Source: Deltaproteobacteria bacterium
GTDB lineage: Bacteria; Myxococcota_A; UBA9160; SMWR01
Length of the DNA: 64,000 nt
Direction: 5' to 3'
Assembly (NCBI GenBank): GCA_032128115.1
Contig: JAQBHB010000014.1
Span: 26,052-90,051, forward strand
Positions 20,020-28,953 of the stretch are shown piece after piece. The notes beneath the pieces are model-generated. The model searched no databases. It was not told the DNA's origin and saw only the letters and a program-made list of their open reading frames with translations. The stretch's first letter is position 1. Each line of letters opens with the position of its first letter. The position numbers and the translations under genes were made by a program.

Positions 20020-20406
20020 ATGAAACGAAACAAAATCGTAGTTCATTTTAGCGATGGCACGATACTCAAGGGGCATGTCAATGACTTCCGCCCCAACAAG
20101 GCTGAGTTTCACCTGGAAACACTGGAAAACGAAGTATCTCTGCTCAACGTTGCCGACCTGAAGGGAGTGTTCTTTGTCAAAGAACACGACGGAGTCGAGG
20201 GCCGTCGGGATTCATACGATGACGTTATCGCCGGAGGCGGCCGCAGGATGAAGGTAACGTTTTCTGACGGCGAAGAGATCACCGGCTACGTCACAAGCTA
20301 TTCACCCGACAGGACTGGCTTCTTTCTGGTTCCGGCCGATCTGGGGAGCAACAACGAACGGATATTCATTGTGGCGTCTTCCTGCAAAGACGTCGAATTC
20401 CTCTGA
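20020..20406 (+). CDS. Small two-repeat beta-rich protein (DUF6982-like)
   Basis: KIVVHFSDGTILKG..LKGVFFVK and MKVTFSDGEEITG..GFFLVPAD..SNNERIFI internal duplication. Confidence 0.75.
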   Translation: MKRNKIVVHFSDGTILKGHVNDFRPNKAEFHLETLENEVSLLNVADLKGVFFVKEHDGVEGRRDSYDDVIAGGGRRMKVTFSDGEEITGYVTSYSPDRTGFFLVPADLGSNNERIFIVASSCKDVEFL

Positions 20407-20494
20407 ACGCTCGAGCCTGAGATACTTCGTGTGCGGAGAGGCCACCCGAGATTCGCGCTGCCCGTTCGCTCCGAGCTAAGCACCTGAAATCCTT

Positions 20495-20570
20495 TGGTGC
20501 CCCCGGCAGGACTCGAACCTGCGACGCACGGTTTAGGAAACCGACGCTCTATCCTCTGAGCTACGGGGGC
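20495..20570 (-). tRNA. tRNA-Arg(CCT)
   Basis: GCCCCCG-TAGCTCAGAGGATAGAGC..CGGT-TTCCTAA-ACCG..GCAGG-TTCGAGT-CCTGC-CGGGGGC-A-CCA, 76 nt. Confidence 0.97.
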
Positions 20571-20777
20571 GCGGAGGCCGGATCGCGGGGATTCTAGCGC
20601 CTCGCCCCTGCTCACCAAGATCGCTCACAGGTCGGCCAGAATCGCACTAAACCCGCGAAGCAACGCCGGTTTACGCCCTCCGGGCCGGATGCCGCGGAAA
20701 GGCCCGCCGCGCCCGCCTCGAGGCCTCCGGGGCTGCCGCAGTCAAGCGCGCTGGCAGAGAAACCGATAGAGCCCCGC

Positions 20778-21110
20778 ATGGCAGATCAGGCTCCCGATGA
20801 ACGCCGGACCGAGTTCCGGAAGCCCAAGACGCTCTTCTGTCAGATCCTGTGCGCCGGCAAGCGATATCCGGCCGCGGTGCTCGATATCTCGCCCTCGGGC
20901 CTCTTCGTGCGAACTGCAGCCTCGCCGCCCCCGGGAACCGAGGTCGAGGTGAGCCTTCGCCTGGCGGGAGGCAGCACCTGGTCGCTCAAGGCCGCGATCG
21001 CACGCAAGCCCATCGCCACCGCCGCCCAGAACTCGGTCACCGGGCGCGGCCTGGGACTGCGCATCCTGGAAGTCCCGGACGGCTTCGCGGAGTTCGTGGC
21101 TACCCTCTAG
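20778..21110 (+). CDS. Single-domain PilZ protein
   Basis: ERRTEFR (RxxxR) and DISPSG (D/NxSxxG) c-di-GMP motifs; GLGLRI. Confidence 0.88.
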   Translation: MADQAPDERRTEFRKPKTLFCQILCAGKRYPAAVLDISPSGLFVRTAASPPPGTEVEVSLRLAGGSTWSLKAAIARKPIATAAQNSVTGRGLGLRILEVPDGFAEFVATL

Positions 21111-21513
21111 CGGGTTCTTCGGCGCGCCCCGCGCCACGCGTTCCCCGCTGGGGATTCTCGACCCACCGCAGCGCCGTTCCCGTCGGGAAAGCGGCAAAAT
21201 CTCTGCGTCGAATACACATTGTTGCTTGACTCCTCTGCCGAGCCGGGCGTACCGTTTGATCGCGGATCGGCCGTCGGGTCCGTCGCGTGCATCGGGTCAC
21301 CCGGAGGGGCTTGCGCCCGGAAGCGCGCGCGCACTCTCGAACGCAGACCGTCTGCGAACGGTCTGGCTGCCGCGCCGCTCAAGCGAGCTCGGCTCGGACG
21401 CTGAGGCGTCCCCTCGAGGGATGGCGAACCACTGCGCAGGCCGCCGCGCGACGCGCGGCGCAGGCGCGGGACGGCGAGGCGCCCGGTGTGAGAACTCGTT
21501 TCTCCGCCGGGCG

Positions 21514-22353
21514 CTAGTCGTTTCGACCGTCGGCTCGCGCCGGCCGCCGTTCGCGCCAGCGGTGCAACGCCCCCAGTCCCAACAGGCCGCTCACGAGTTG
21601 CAGGGCATGACCCGGCTCGGGGACGAACTTGAGCACCGCCAGGTCCGATTGGGTGCCCGTGTTGTTCAGGCGGCCGGCGGCCACCACGTCGCCGCCGTCC
21701 ACCGCCACGGCCACGGCCCTGTCATTCATCGATGCGGTTCCATCCACTACGCCCTGCCACACCACGTTGCCGGTCGCGGCTTCGAGCTTCACCACGAACA
21801 CGTCGGCGCCGGTGGCCAGGCTCGTGGTGAAGCCCGCCGCCACCACGTTGCCGTTGTTCTCGACGGTCACGGCGAAGGCCACGTCGTCGAGCCCGTCGGC
21901 CCCGTCGATCGACGTGCGCCAGAGTTCCATGCCGTCGGTTCCGTCGAGCTTGATCACGAGAAAGTCCGAGTCAACGGCCAGACCCGGCTCGTCCCCCGCG
22001 GCGATTACGTCGTCGAATGGATCGACCGTGACGGCAAGTGCACCGCCTGTGCCCAGGCTCTCGCCCCAGATCTCGACGCCGGTGGTGCCATCGAGCTTCG
22101 CAACGAAGAAATTGGGGCCCGTGCCCACCTCGAAGACCACGCCCGACACGATGACGTGGCCGGCGCTGTCGACCGCCACCGAGAAGGCCTGGTCGGCGTC
22201 GCTCGATAGGCCGTCCACGCTGGTCGTCCAGTCCGGGTCCTTGATCGGCTGGCCAGAGGCCGCCGCCGGGAGACCCAGCCAACACAGCATCAGCACCAGG
22301 CGGGCGGTTCGGAGTCCCGGCCGCCGGGCCCGAAAGCGGAAACATTTCGGCAC
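21514..22353 (-). CDS. PEP-CTERM sorting-domain protein with four beta-propeller-blade repeats
   Basis: Signal peptide; repeats AxAVAVDxxGxVxxAG..FxVxKLDGxxGxExW; C-terminal VPEPGHALQLVSGLLGLGALHRWRERR. Confidence 0.85.
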   Translation of the reverse strand: MPKCFRFRARRPGLRTARLVLMLCWLGLPAAASGQPIKDPDWTTSVDGLSSDADQAFSVAVDSAGHVIVSGVVFEVGTGPNFFVAKLDGTTGVEIWGESLGTGGALAVTVDPFDDVIAAGDEPGLAVDSDFLVIKLDGTDGMELWRTSIDGADGLDDVAFAVTVENNGNVVAAGFTTSLATGADVFVVKLEAATGNVVWQGVVDGTASMNDRAVAVAVDGGDVVAAGRLNNTGTQSDLAVLKFVPEPGHALQLVSGLLGLGALHRWRERRPARADGRND

Positions 22354-23255
22354 TCGGGAATGCTAGCCCCGGCGACGTCCCGAGACCCATCGAAACCCCT
22401 GGATCCGCGGGGTTTTTCGCGGACCGGTGGGAGGTGGCGCGGCGTTTCGGGTGCCGAAAAACGCGCATCCGGTCGAGACCTTCGAGCCGCTTCTGCCGGG
22501 TCTCCCGCCGCCCCTGGATGCCGCCGGCGTTGCTCGAGATCGCGCCGGCAATCGCGATCCAAGCCGGCCGGCAGCCTCCCGGTGAACGCGCGCCACCAGT
22601 GACGGAGCACCACGCGCGCATCGACCCGTGGGTACATCAGGCAGCCGCTGTGGGTGCAGTGCCCATCCACCTCGTGGTCGTCCCGCCGCACGAGACCCAG
22701 CAGGTGACCGAGCTCGTGCTGCACCACGAAGCGTTCGATCTCTGCTCCCCGGATGGCCAGGAAAGAGCGGGCGTGAACGGTCTCGTGCCCGATCACCGCA
22801 AAACCCGCCTCCGGAAACGCGACACCCAGCGTATAGCGAGCCTCTTCGGCGTCGAAGCGCCGCGGCACGAACAGCAGATACAGGTGCTCGGTCCCGGGTT
22901 CGGGAACCAGGTTCCGGCGGGCGCGATGCAGTGCGAAGACCTGGTCATCCGAAACCACCTGACCCTCGACGAATGGTCGACCCCCGGGAAGACGCGGGAT
23001 CAATTCGTGCAGCGCTACGCGCACGCCCTCCGCCGGCTGCGCGTAACGTTCGAGGAAGCGTTGCGCGCCTTCGACGCTTGTTTGCGAAGGCCGGCTCCCT
23101 GGCAGCCAGTCGATCTCCACCAGGATCCGGCGCGCCGAGAGGATCCGGTCGCCCTGCCCGGGGCCTGGCGCCGCCGGATCGGGGCGAGGCGGATGATGGA
23201 TCGAACAGCCCAGGGCCACGGTCAGGAGCCCGAGCCCGACTTGATTCCGGTTCAC
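22290..23255 (-). CDS. Putative zinc-metallopeptidase lipoprotein
   Basis: GTG 23255 overlaps the upstream stop; lipobox VALGC; QHELGHLLGL followed by HC....CLM. Confidence 0.72.
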   Translation of the reverse strand: MNRNQVGLGLLTVALGCSIHHPPRPDPAAPGPGQGDRILSARRILVEIDWLPGSRPSQTSVEGAQRFLERYAQPAEGVRVALHELIPRLPGGRPFVEGQVVSDDQVFALHRARRNLVPEPGTEHLYLLFVPRRFDAEEARYTLGVAFPEAGFAVIGHETVHARSFLAIRGAEIERFVVQHELGHLLGLVRRDDHEVDGHCTHSGCLMYPRVDARVVLRHWWRAFTGRLPAGLDRDCRRDLEQRRRHPGAAGDPAEAARRSRPDARFSAPETPRHLPPVREKPRGSRGFDGSRDVAGASIPECRNVSAFGPGGRDSEPPAWC

Positions 23256-23944
23256 TCGAGAAAGAGAAGCGGATTCAAGGGGTCTTGTCCGTTGCGCACT
23301 TCGAAGTGCACGTGGGGGCCGCGGGCATTGCCGCTGGCGCCCACCTCGGCGATCACGTCGCCCTTCTCGACGAACTCGCCTGTGCGCACGTGATTGCGAT
23401 GATTGTGGGCGTAGACCGTCTTGTAGGATCCCGCGTGCTTGAGGATCACCACCTTCCCGTAGTCGCCCAGCCCGGCGCCGCTGTGGATCACACGCCCCGC
23501 CTCGGCCGCCCGGATCGGTGTGCCGCGGCGCGCGGGGATGTCGATGCCCTCGTGCGCGTGCCCCCGGCGGGTTCCGAAGCCCGAGCTCACGCGGCCGCGG
23601 ACCGGCCAGGCGAAGTCGACGTCGCCGGTGCGCGGGCTCGATGCCGCGCGCGCCTTCGCTGCGGCCGGTGCGGCAAGCAGCTTCGAAGACGATGGCCGGC
23701 GGGCCCCGGGAATCCACAGCTGGGTTCCGATCGCCACCTGCGTGACATCGCGAATCCGGTTGGCGCGCACCACGTCGCGCTGAGGGACCTGGTAGTAACT
23801 GGCAATCCGGTAGATGTTTTCGCCGGGGCGCACCACGTGAGTCACGCCCTGCCGAGGCGCAGAGGTGCACGCCACCAGCGCCAGGGCGACCAGCAGCGCG
23901 GCCACTCCCGAAGCGCAGCGCCCGCGCGCCCTCAGGTCGGCCAT
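23252..23944 (-). CDS. LysM + M23 peptidase lipoprotein (NlpD-like)
   Basis: Lipobox LVAC; LysM HVVRPGENIYRIA; M23 HEGIDI, YAHN, PHVHFEVR; follows pcm. Confidence 0.9.
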   Translation of the reverse strand: MADLRARGRCASGVAALLVALALVACTSAPRQGVTHVVRPGENIYRIASYYQVPQRDVVRANRIRDVTQVAIGTQLWIPGARRPSSSKLLAAPAAAKARAASSPRTGDVDFAWPVRGRVSSGFGTRRGHAHEGIDIPARRGTPIRAAEAGRVIHSGAGLGDYGKVVILKHAGSYKTVYAHNHRNHVRTGEFVEKGDVIAEVGASGNARGPHVHFEVRNGQDPLNPLLFLE

Positions 23945-24600
23945 CCGTAAGTGCCCACGAGATCCACGAAGCGGGCGCGTCCGATCACCTCGCGGCTCAG
24001 GCGCCCGTCGCGGCTGCGGCGCACGCGCAGTAGCCTCTGTTCGTCGCGGGTCCCGAACGGACCTACCAGGCGCCCCCCGGGCGCCAGCTGCTCGAGAAGC
24101 GGCACCGGGATTTCCGGGCCACCCGCGGTGACCACGATGGCGTCGAAAGGCGCTTGCGCCGGGCGCCCGCGGGATCCATCGCCCAGGTACACCACCACGT
24201 TGCAAAGGCCCAGCCGATCCAGCGAGCGGCGGGCCTGAGCGGCCAGGCGCGGCACGCGCTCGATCGAGATCACGCGAGCCGCCAGGTGCGAAAGGATCGC
24301 GGCCTGGTAGCCAGAGCCGGTGCCGACCTCCAGTACCGTCTCGCTCCCGGTCAGTTCCAGGGCCGCCGTCATGGCCGCCACCACGCGCGGTGCCGAGATC
24401 GTCTGCCCGTCCCCGATGGGCAGCGCCGCCTCGCGGTAGGCCGATCCACGCAGGGACTCCGGAATCAGGACGTGACGCGGCACGCGCGTGAACGCGTCAT
24501 ATAGCCGTTCGCGGCCCGGGCCCTCGGCCACCAGGCGCTCGGCCATGCGTTTGCGGGGCAGCACGTACTGCGCCAGCCCCGGTACTCGCCGCTCGGACAC
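23932..24600 (-). CDS. pcm: Protein-L-isoaspartate O-methyltransferase
   Basis: LPIGDGQTISAP, VLEVGTGSGYQAAIL, APFDAIVVTAG, QLAPGGRLV; start estimated. Confidence 0.95.
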   Translation of the reverse strand: MSERRVPGLAQYVLPRKRMAERLVAEGPGRERLYDAFTRVPRHVLIPESLRGSAYREAALPIGDGQTISAPRVVAAMTAALELTGSETVLEVGTGSGYQAAILSHLAARVISIERVPRLAAQARRSLDRLGLCNVVVYLGDGSRGRPAQAPFDAIVVTAGGPEIPVPLLEQLAPGGRLVGPFGTRDEQRLLRVRRSRDGRLSREVIGRARFVDLVGTYGWPT

Positions 24601-24724
24601 TCCCACCCCCCGGAAGCGAAGAGTCCTGCCCTGCTGCGCGGGGCCGGAAGCCCGCACGAGACTGCAGCTTAGGGGCGAAGCCCGCGGAATCGCAACGTCC
24701 CGCGGGTCGACCTCGAAGGTCCTG

Positions 24725-25897
24725 TCACCGCCCCGCCGCCCGGGCCACGGCCTGGCGTGCCTCGGGCGACCGGGCCAGCGCCAGGGCCGTGAGCGCCAGC
24801 GCCCGGGCCGCCTCCAGCATGCCAGCCTCACCCTGGGGCCTGGTCGTGGCCTCCGCGAACTCGCGGGTGTGGAGCTTCAGGTGGGACCCGATGGGAAAGT
24901 TCGGGTGGATCGTGGGAACCACGCGTGAAACGTGGGTGATGTCGCTGGAGCCGATCGCCGCGTCCGGCGCGTCATCGGTTTCCACGAGTTCGAGACGCGT
25001 GAGCTGTTGGCGATAGAGATCGGCCAGCGCCAGGTTCGGGCGCATGGGCGGCGAGCTGCTCTCCGACTCGTCGATCTCGAGACGGGTGCCCGAGGCGGCT
25101 GCCGCGCCCTCGGCGCAGCGCACCACCCGCGCCGCCGCATCCTCGAGCACGTCCTCGTCCAGGGCTCGCACCCAGATCCGGGCCGCCGCACGTTCGGGGA
25201 TCACGTTGGGCGCCCGCCCGCCATCGGACACGATGCCGTGCACGCGCACGCTGCTGGGCAGCTGCTGGCGCAGCAGGCCCAGCGCCACGAAGAGGCCGAT
25301 CACCCCATCGAGCGCGTTGATTCCCTGCTCCGGGTACGCAGCCGCGTGTGCGGCGCGTCCGTGAAATACAAACTCGAATTTCCGATTGCCGAGGAACAGG
25401 CGGTGCGCGCGACGCATGTCTGCCGCGTGGGCCATCATGGCGACGTCGGCGTCGTCGAACGCCCCCGCTTCCACCAGCCGGCGCTTGCCCACCCCGATCT
25501 CCTCGGCGGGGCAGCCCACCACCAGTACGCGCAGGGCGTCGTCCGGGAGCACCTCCAACAGCGACGACGCCGCCAGCAGGCTGGCGGGGCCCGACAGGTT
25601 GTGCCCGCAGGCGTGCCCGATCTCGGGCAGGGCGTCCATCTCCGCCAGCAGCGCCACCTCCAGGGGGGCGCCCGGGCCGCCGTGGCGGGCCAGGAAGGCC
25701 GTCTCGAGACCGCCCGCTCCGGTCTGGACGTCGAAGCCCCGGGCCTCCAGGTAGGCGATGTAGCGAGCGCTCGTCTCGTGTTCCGCCAGCGAGAGCTCGG
25801 GGTGATCCGACATCCAGCGAACCAGGGCCAGCGCCTCATCGGCGCCCCGGTCGATGGCGGCCAGGAGCCGGTCGATCTCTTTGTCGGGAGTCGTCAC
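24725..25897 (-). CDS. M20 family amidohydrolase (PM20D2/AbgB-like)
   Basis: HPELSLAEHET, AEMDALPEIGHACGHNL, CPAEE, HAAAYPEQGINALD, GSSD. Confidence 0.9.
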   Translation of the reverse strand: MTTPDKEIDRLLAAIDRGADEALALVRWMSDHPELSLAEHETSARYIAYLEARGFDVQTGAGGLETAFLARHGGPGAPLEVALLAEMDALPEIGHACGHNLSGPASLLAASSLLEVLPDDALRVLVVGCPAEEIGVGKRRLVEAGAFDDADVAMMAHAADMRRAHRLFLGNRKFEFVFHGRAAHAAAYPEQGINALDGVIGLFVALGLLRQQLPSSVRVHGIVSDGGRAPNVIPERAAARIWVRALDEDVLEDAAARVVRCAEGAAAASGTRLEIDESESSSPPMRPNLALADLYRQQLTRLELVETDDAPDAAIGSSDITHVSRVVPTIHPNFPIGSHLKLHTREFAEATTRPQGEAGMLEAARALALTALALARSPEARQAVARAAGR

Positions 25898-25914
25898 GGA
25901 ATCCGGCCCCCCCT

Positions 25915-26448
25915 TCAGGCGGCGTCGTCGGGCAGGTCGAGCACCATGAGAAGCTCGTCCTCGTAGGCATCGTCGATCTTGAGGGCCCTGCGCTCGACTC
26001 CGAAGACGGTGAAGCCGAACTGCTCATAGAGCCGGATCGCCACGTCGCTGCTGGTACTCACGCGCACGTGGATCTGCTCGACGCCCTCCATCTCGCGGGT
26101 CAGGTCGAAGGCCGCCGCCAACAGGGCCTGGCCGAGGCCGCCACCGCGTTGCTCCGGTACCACGTACAGACCGAACAGGCGCGCCTTGTGGCGCGCCTTG
26201 ACCTCGAGCTCCCGCGCGAGGCCCAGCACTCCCGTCAGGCGCGGACGGAAGACGCCCAGGATGGTGAGCGGGCTCCCCGGGAACTCCCCGTTCAGCGAGT
26301 TCTCCAGGAAATCGATGGACAGGCCCGGATCGTCCTCGGGTGAGGACGCGAAGGCACGGGAGTCGGTCTCGAGCGCCCTCCGACGCAGCTCCACGTAGGC
26401 GCCCGCGTCCCTGCCCGTCAGGCGGCGAACCCGGGTTCGGTGCGTCAC
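25915..26448 (-). CDS. GNAT family N-acetyltransferase
   Basis: LYVVPEQRGGGLGQALL, AIRLYEQFGF; start estimated at GTG 26448. Confidence 0.88.
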   Translation of the reverse strand: MTHRTRVRRLTGRDAGAYVELRRRALETDSRAFASSPEDDPGLSIDFLENSLNGEFPGSPLTILGVFRPRLTGVLGLARELEVKARHKARLFGLYVVPEQRGGGLGQALLAAAFDLTREMEGVEQIHVRVSTSSDVAIRLYEQFGFTVFGVERRALKIDDAYEDELLMVLDLPDDAA

Positions 26449-26585
26449 GTTCGAATAGCGTAGCTCGGGCGCGAGGCGCCCCCACTCGCCCCCCCCCGAG
26501 AGCGCACGGGCGGCGCGCTGCGCACGAGCACGCCGGGCTCCCGCGCGGATGGGAATGAGCAAAGCGCCGCCCGAAGCGACGCGAC

Positions 26586-26761
26586 TCAGTGCTGACCCGG
26601 CGGATCGACGAGGGTAAAGCGTGTCGGCTTCACCACGAGCCCCACGCCGGTCATCTGCAGACCCATGGGCCGCAAGAACATCGCATCCAGCAGCACGGGA
26701 ACTTCGTGCTGGCGCGAGTCGTCGCGAACGCAGCTACCAGGTTTCGGATACCCGAAGACAT
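26586..26761 (-). pseudogene. Decayed small exported/membrane protein gene
   Basis: ATG 26761 gives MSSGIRNLVAAFA; a different frame continues DAMFLRPMGL..VG-LVVKPTRFTLVDPPG*, resembling a small protein family with its middle segment missing. Confidence 0.4.
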
Positions 26762-26903
26762 CGCGAGTCCCACCTCGTCGTCTGTAGAGACGTATCGGCC
26801 ATCGGGAGGCGAAGTGAAGCCCTGGCCCAGCGCCGGGCGCCCCTCCCTCAGGAGCCGGCGGGGGCCGCTGGGAATCCCGGTGCGTGCGATACTTCCGGCC
26901 TGT

Positions 26904-26939
26904 CCCTCCCACGCTCTCGGGCCCTCCCACGCTCTCGGG
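26904..26939. repeat. 18-bp perfect tandem duplication
   Basis: ccctcccacgctctcggg x2, just upstream of the RBS of the 26960 gene. Confidence 0.9.
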
Positions 26940-26959
26940 AACGGGGCCAAGGAGGCTGC

Positions 26960-28900
26960 ATGGCCCGGCCGGGCGACCGCGATCTCGGAATGGATCGCCC
27001 CATCAACCGGCGCGATTTCCTGCACGGCGCCGGAGTAGCGGTGGCGGGAGGCTGGCTGGCGGGGCAGGCGCACGCGGGAGCGACTCCGCTGCCCACCGGC
27101 GCCGATCCCTCCCTCTATCCCCCGCTTCGCACGGGCTCGCGCGGCAGCCATCCCGGGTCCTACGAGGTCGCACACCGAATGGCCTTCCAGGGGGTCAGCG
27201 ACTGGGGAGAGGTGGTGGAGCGCGACCATGACGTCTACGACCTGGTTGTCGTGGGTGCCGGAATCAGCGGTCTGGCCGCCGCCTGGTTCTATCGGAAGCA
27301 ACACCCGGATGCCCGCATCCTGTTGCTGGAAAACCACGACGATTTCGGCGGCCACGCCAAGCGCAACGAATTCCGGATCGACGGTCACACGCTGATCGGT
27401 TACGGCGGCAGCCAATCGCTCGAGAATCCTGGTTCCTACAGTGACGTGTCGAAGCAGCTGTTGATCGACCTGGGGGTCGACACCGACCGCTTCTACCAGG
27501 CCTACGACCGCGGGTTCTACCGGCGACACGGCCTGGCTCCGGCGCTCTTCTTCGATCGCAAGAGCTATGGCGTCGACCGACTCGTGCGCTCGGATTTGTT
27601 GGACGCGAGCTCGCGCTTCATGCAGCTCGCGAAAGTCGACGTTCCCGCGAAGGACGTAGCCGAACAGCTTCCAATCTCGCCCGAAGCGCGCGCCGACTTC
27701 TTGCGACTCGTCACCATGACGAAGGATCACCTGCCTGACCACTCGATCTTCGCGGAGCCCGAACTGCTCTCGACGATCAGCTATCGCGACTTCGTGGTCC
27801 GCTACCTGGGGATCGACAACGAAGAGGTGTTGGGCATCTTCCAGAACCTGCCGACGGGATACTGGGGCCTGGGGATCGACGCGATCCCCGCGATCGGCGC
27901 ACTCATGATGGGACTTCCCGGCATCGAGGCCACGAGCCTGGGCCGCGTGAACGAGCTGGCCGCCTGGGCCGTGGGCTTGTTCCAGGAGCCCTATATCTTC
28001 CACTTCCCCGACGGCAACGCCGGCGTGGCGCGCCTGCTGGTGCGGAGCCTGATGCCCGACGTGGCGCCCGGCTCCAGCATGGAAGACATCGTGACGGCTC
28101 CGTTCGACTACGCGCGCCTGGACGACCCGGCCGCGCCGGTGCGCTTGCGACTGAACAGCACGGTCGTTCGCGCCAGGCACGACGGCGCCTCCGACAAGGC
28201 CGGGGAAGTCGTGCTCAGCTACGTGCGCGGGGGACGAACCGGCCAGGTGCGGGCCCGCCATTGCGTGCTGGCCTGCTACAACGCGGCCATTCCCTACCTG
28301 TGCCCGGAGCTCCCGGAGGCCCAGAAGCTGGCGCTGAGCGAAGCGGTGCGGGCTCCGCTGGTCTACACCACCGCGCTGTTGCGCAACTGGCGTGCCTTCC
28401 AGCAGTTGGGACTGGCGATGGCCCTGTGTCCGGGCACGTACCACACGATGGCCATGCTCGACTTCCCGGTGAGCCTGGGCGACTACGCCCATGCGAAGAC
28501 ACCGGACGACCCGATTCTCGTGCATCTGAGTGCCGTGCCGACGAAGCCGGGGCTGCCGGCCCGCGAGCAACACCGGGCCGGTCGGGCCGAGATGCTGGCC
28601 CTGTCCTTCGAAACCCTGGAACGCGGCGTCCGCGAGCAGCTGGGAGGCATGCTGGCCGGGGGTGGATTCGATCCCGCCTTCGACATCGAGGCCCTCACGA
28701 TCAACCGCTGGGCCCACGGCTACGCCTGGGACACCGAGAACCCGCTCTGGAACTCGCCAGAGGAGCGCGAAAACCCGACCCACGTGCGCGCCCGCCAGAG
28801 ATTCGGCCGTATCAGCATCGCCAACTCCGACGCCGGGGGCCTTGCCTATCTCGATTGCGCCATCGACGAGGCTCACCGGGCGGTGGCAGAACTCAGCTAG
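26960..28900 (+). CDS. Tat-exported FAD oxidoreductase, spermidine dehydrogenase (SpdH)-like
   Basis: INRRDFLHG Tat motif; YPPLRTGSRGSHPGS; VVGAGISGLAAA; ENHDDFGGHAKRNEF; HFPDGNA; NRWAHGYA; IANSDA; AAGGAGG RBS. Confidence 0.85.
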   Translation: MARPGDRDLGMDRPINRRDFLHGAGVAVAGGWLAGQAHAGATPLPTGADPSLYPPLRTGSRGSHPGSYEVAHRMAFQGVSDWGEVVERDHDVYDLVVVGAGISGLAAAWFYRKQHPDARILLLENHDDFGGHAKRNEFRIDGHTLIGYGGSQSLENPGSYSDVSKQLLIDLGVDTDRFYQAYDRGFYRRHGLAPALFFDRKSYGVDRLVRSDLLDASSRFMQLAKVDVPAKDVAEQLPISPEARADFLRLVTMTKDHLPDHSIFAEPELLSTISYRDFVVRYLGIDNEEVLGIFQNLPTGYWGLGIDAIPAIGALMMGLPGIEATSLGRVNELAAWAVGLFQEPYIFHFPDGNAGVARLLVRSLMPDVAPGSSMEDIVTAPFDYARLDDPAAPVRLRLNSTVVRARHDGASDKAGEVVLSYVRGGRTGQVRARHCVLACYNAAIPYLCPELPEAQKLALSEAVRAPLVYTTALLRNWRAFQQLGLAMALCPGTYHTMAMLDFPVSLGDYAHAKTPDDPILVHLSAVPTKPGLPAREQHRAGRAEMLALSFETLERGVREQLGGMLAGGGFDPAFDIEALTINRWAHGYAWDTENPLWNSPEERENPTHVRARQRFGRISIANSDAGGLAYLDCAIDEAHRAVAELS

Positions 28901-28953
28901 ACATCCGAGGCGGTTATGCCGTAGCCTGCGCGCCACGCCGAACGGGGGACTCC

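Larger units (their letters stand above)
19650..20539. mobile_element. Integrase-less mini genomic island / remnant integrated in tRNA-Arg
   Basis: 44-bp direct repeats 846 bp apart, ending in the anticodon loop; interior visibly more AT-rich than flanks. Confidence 0.75.
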
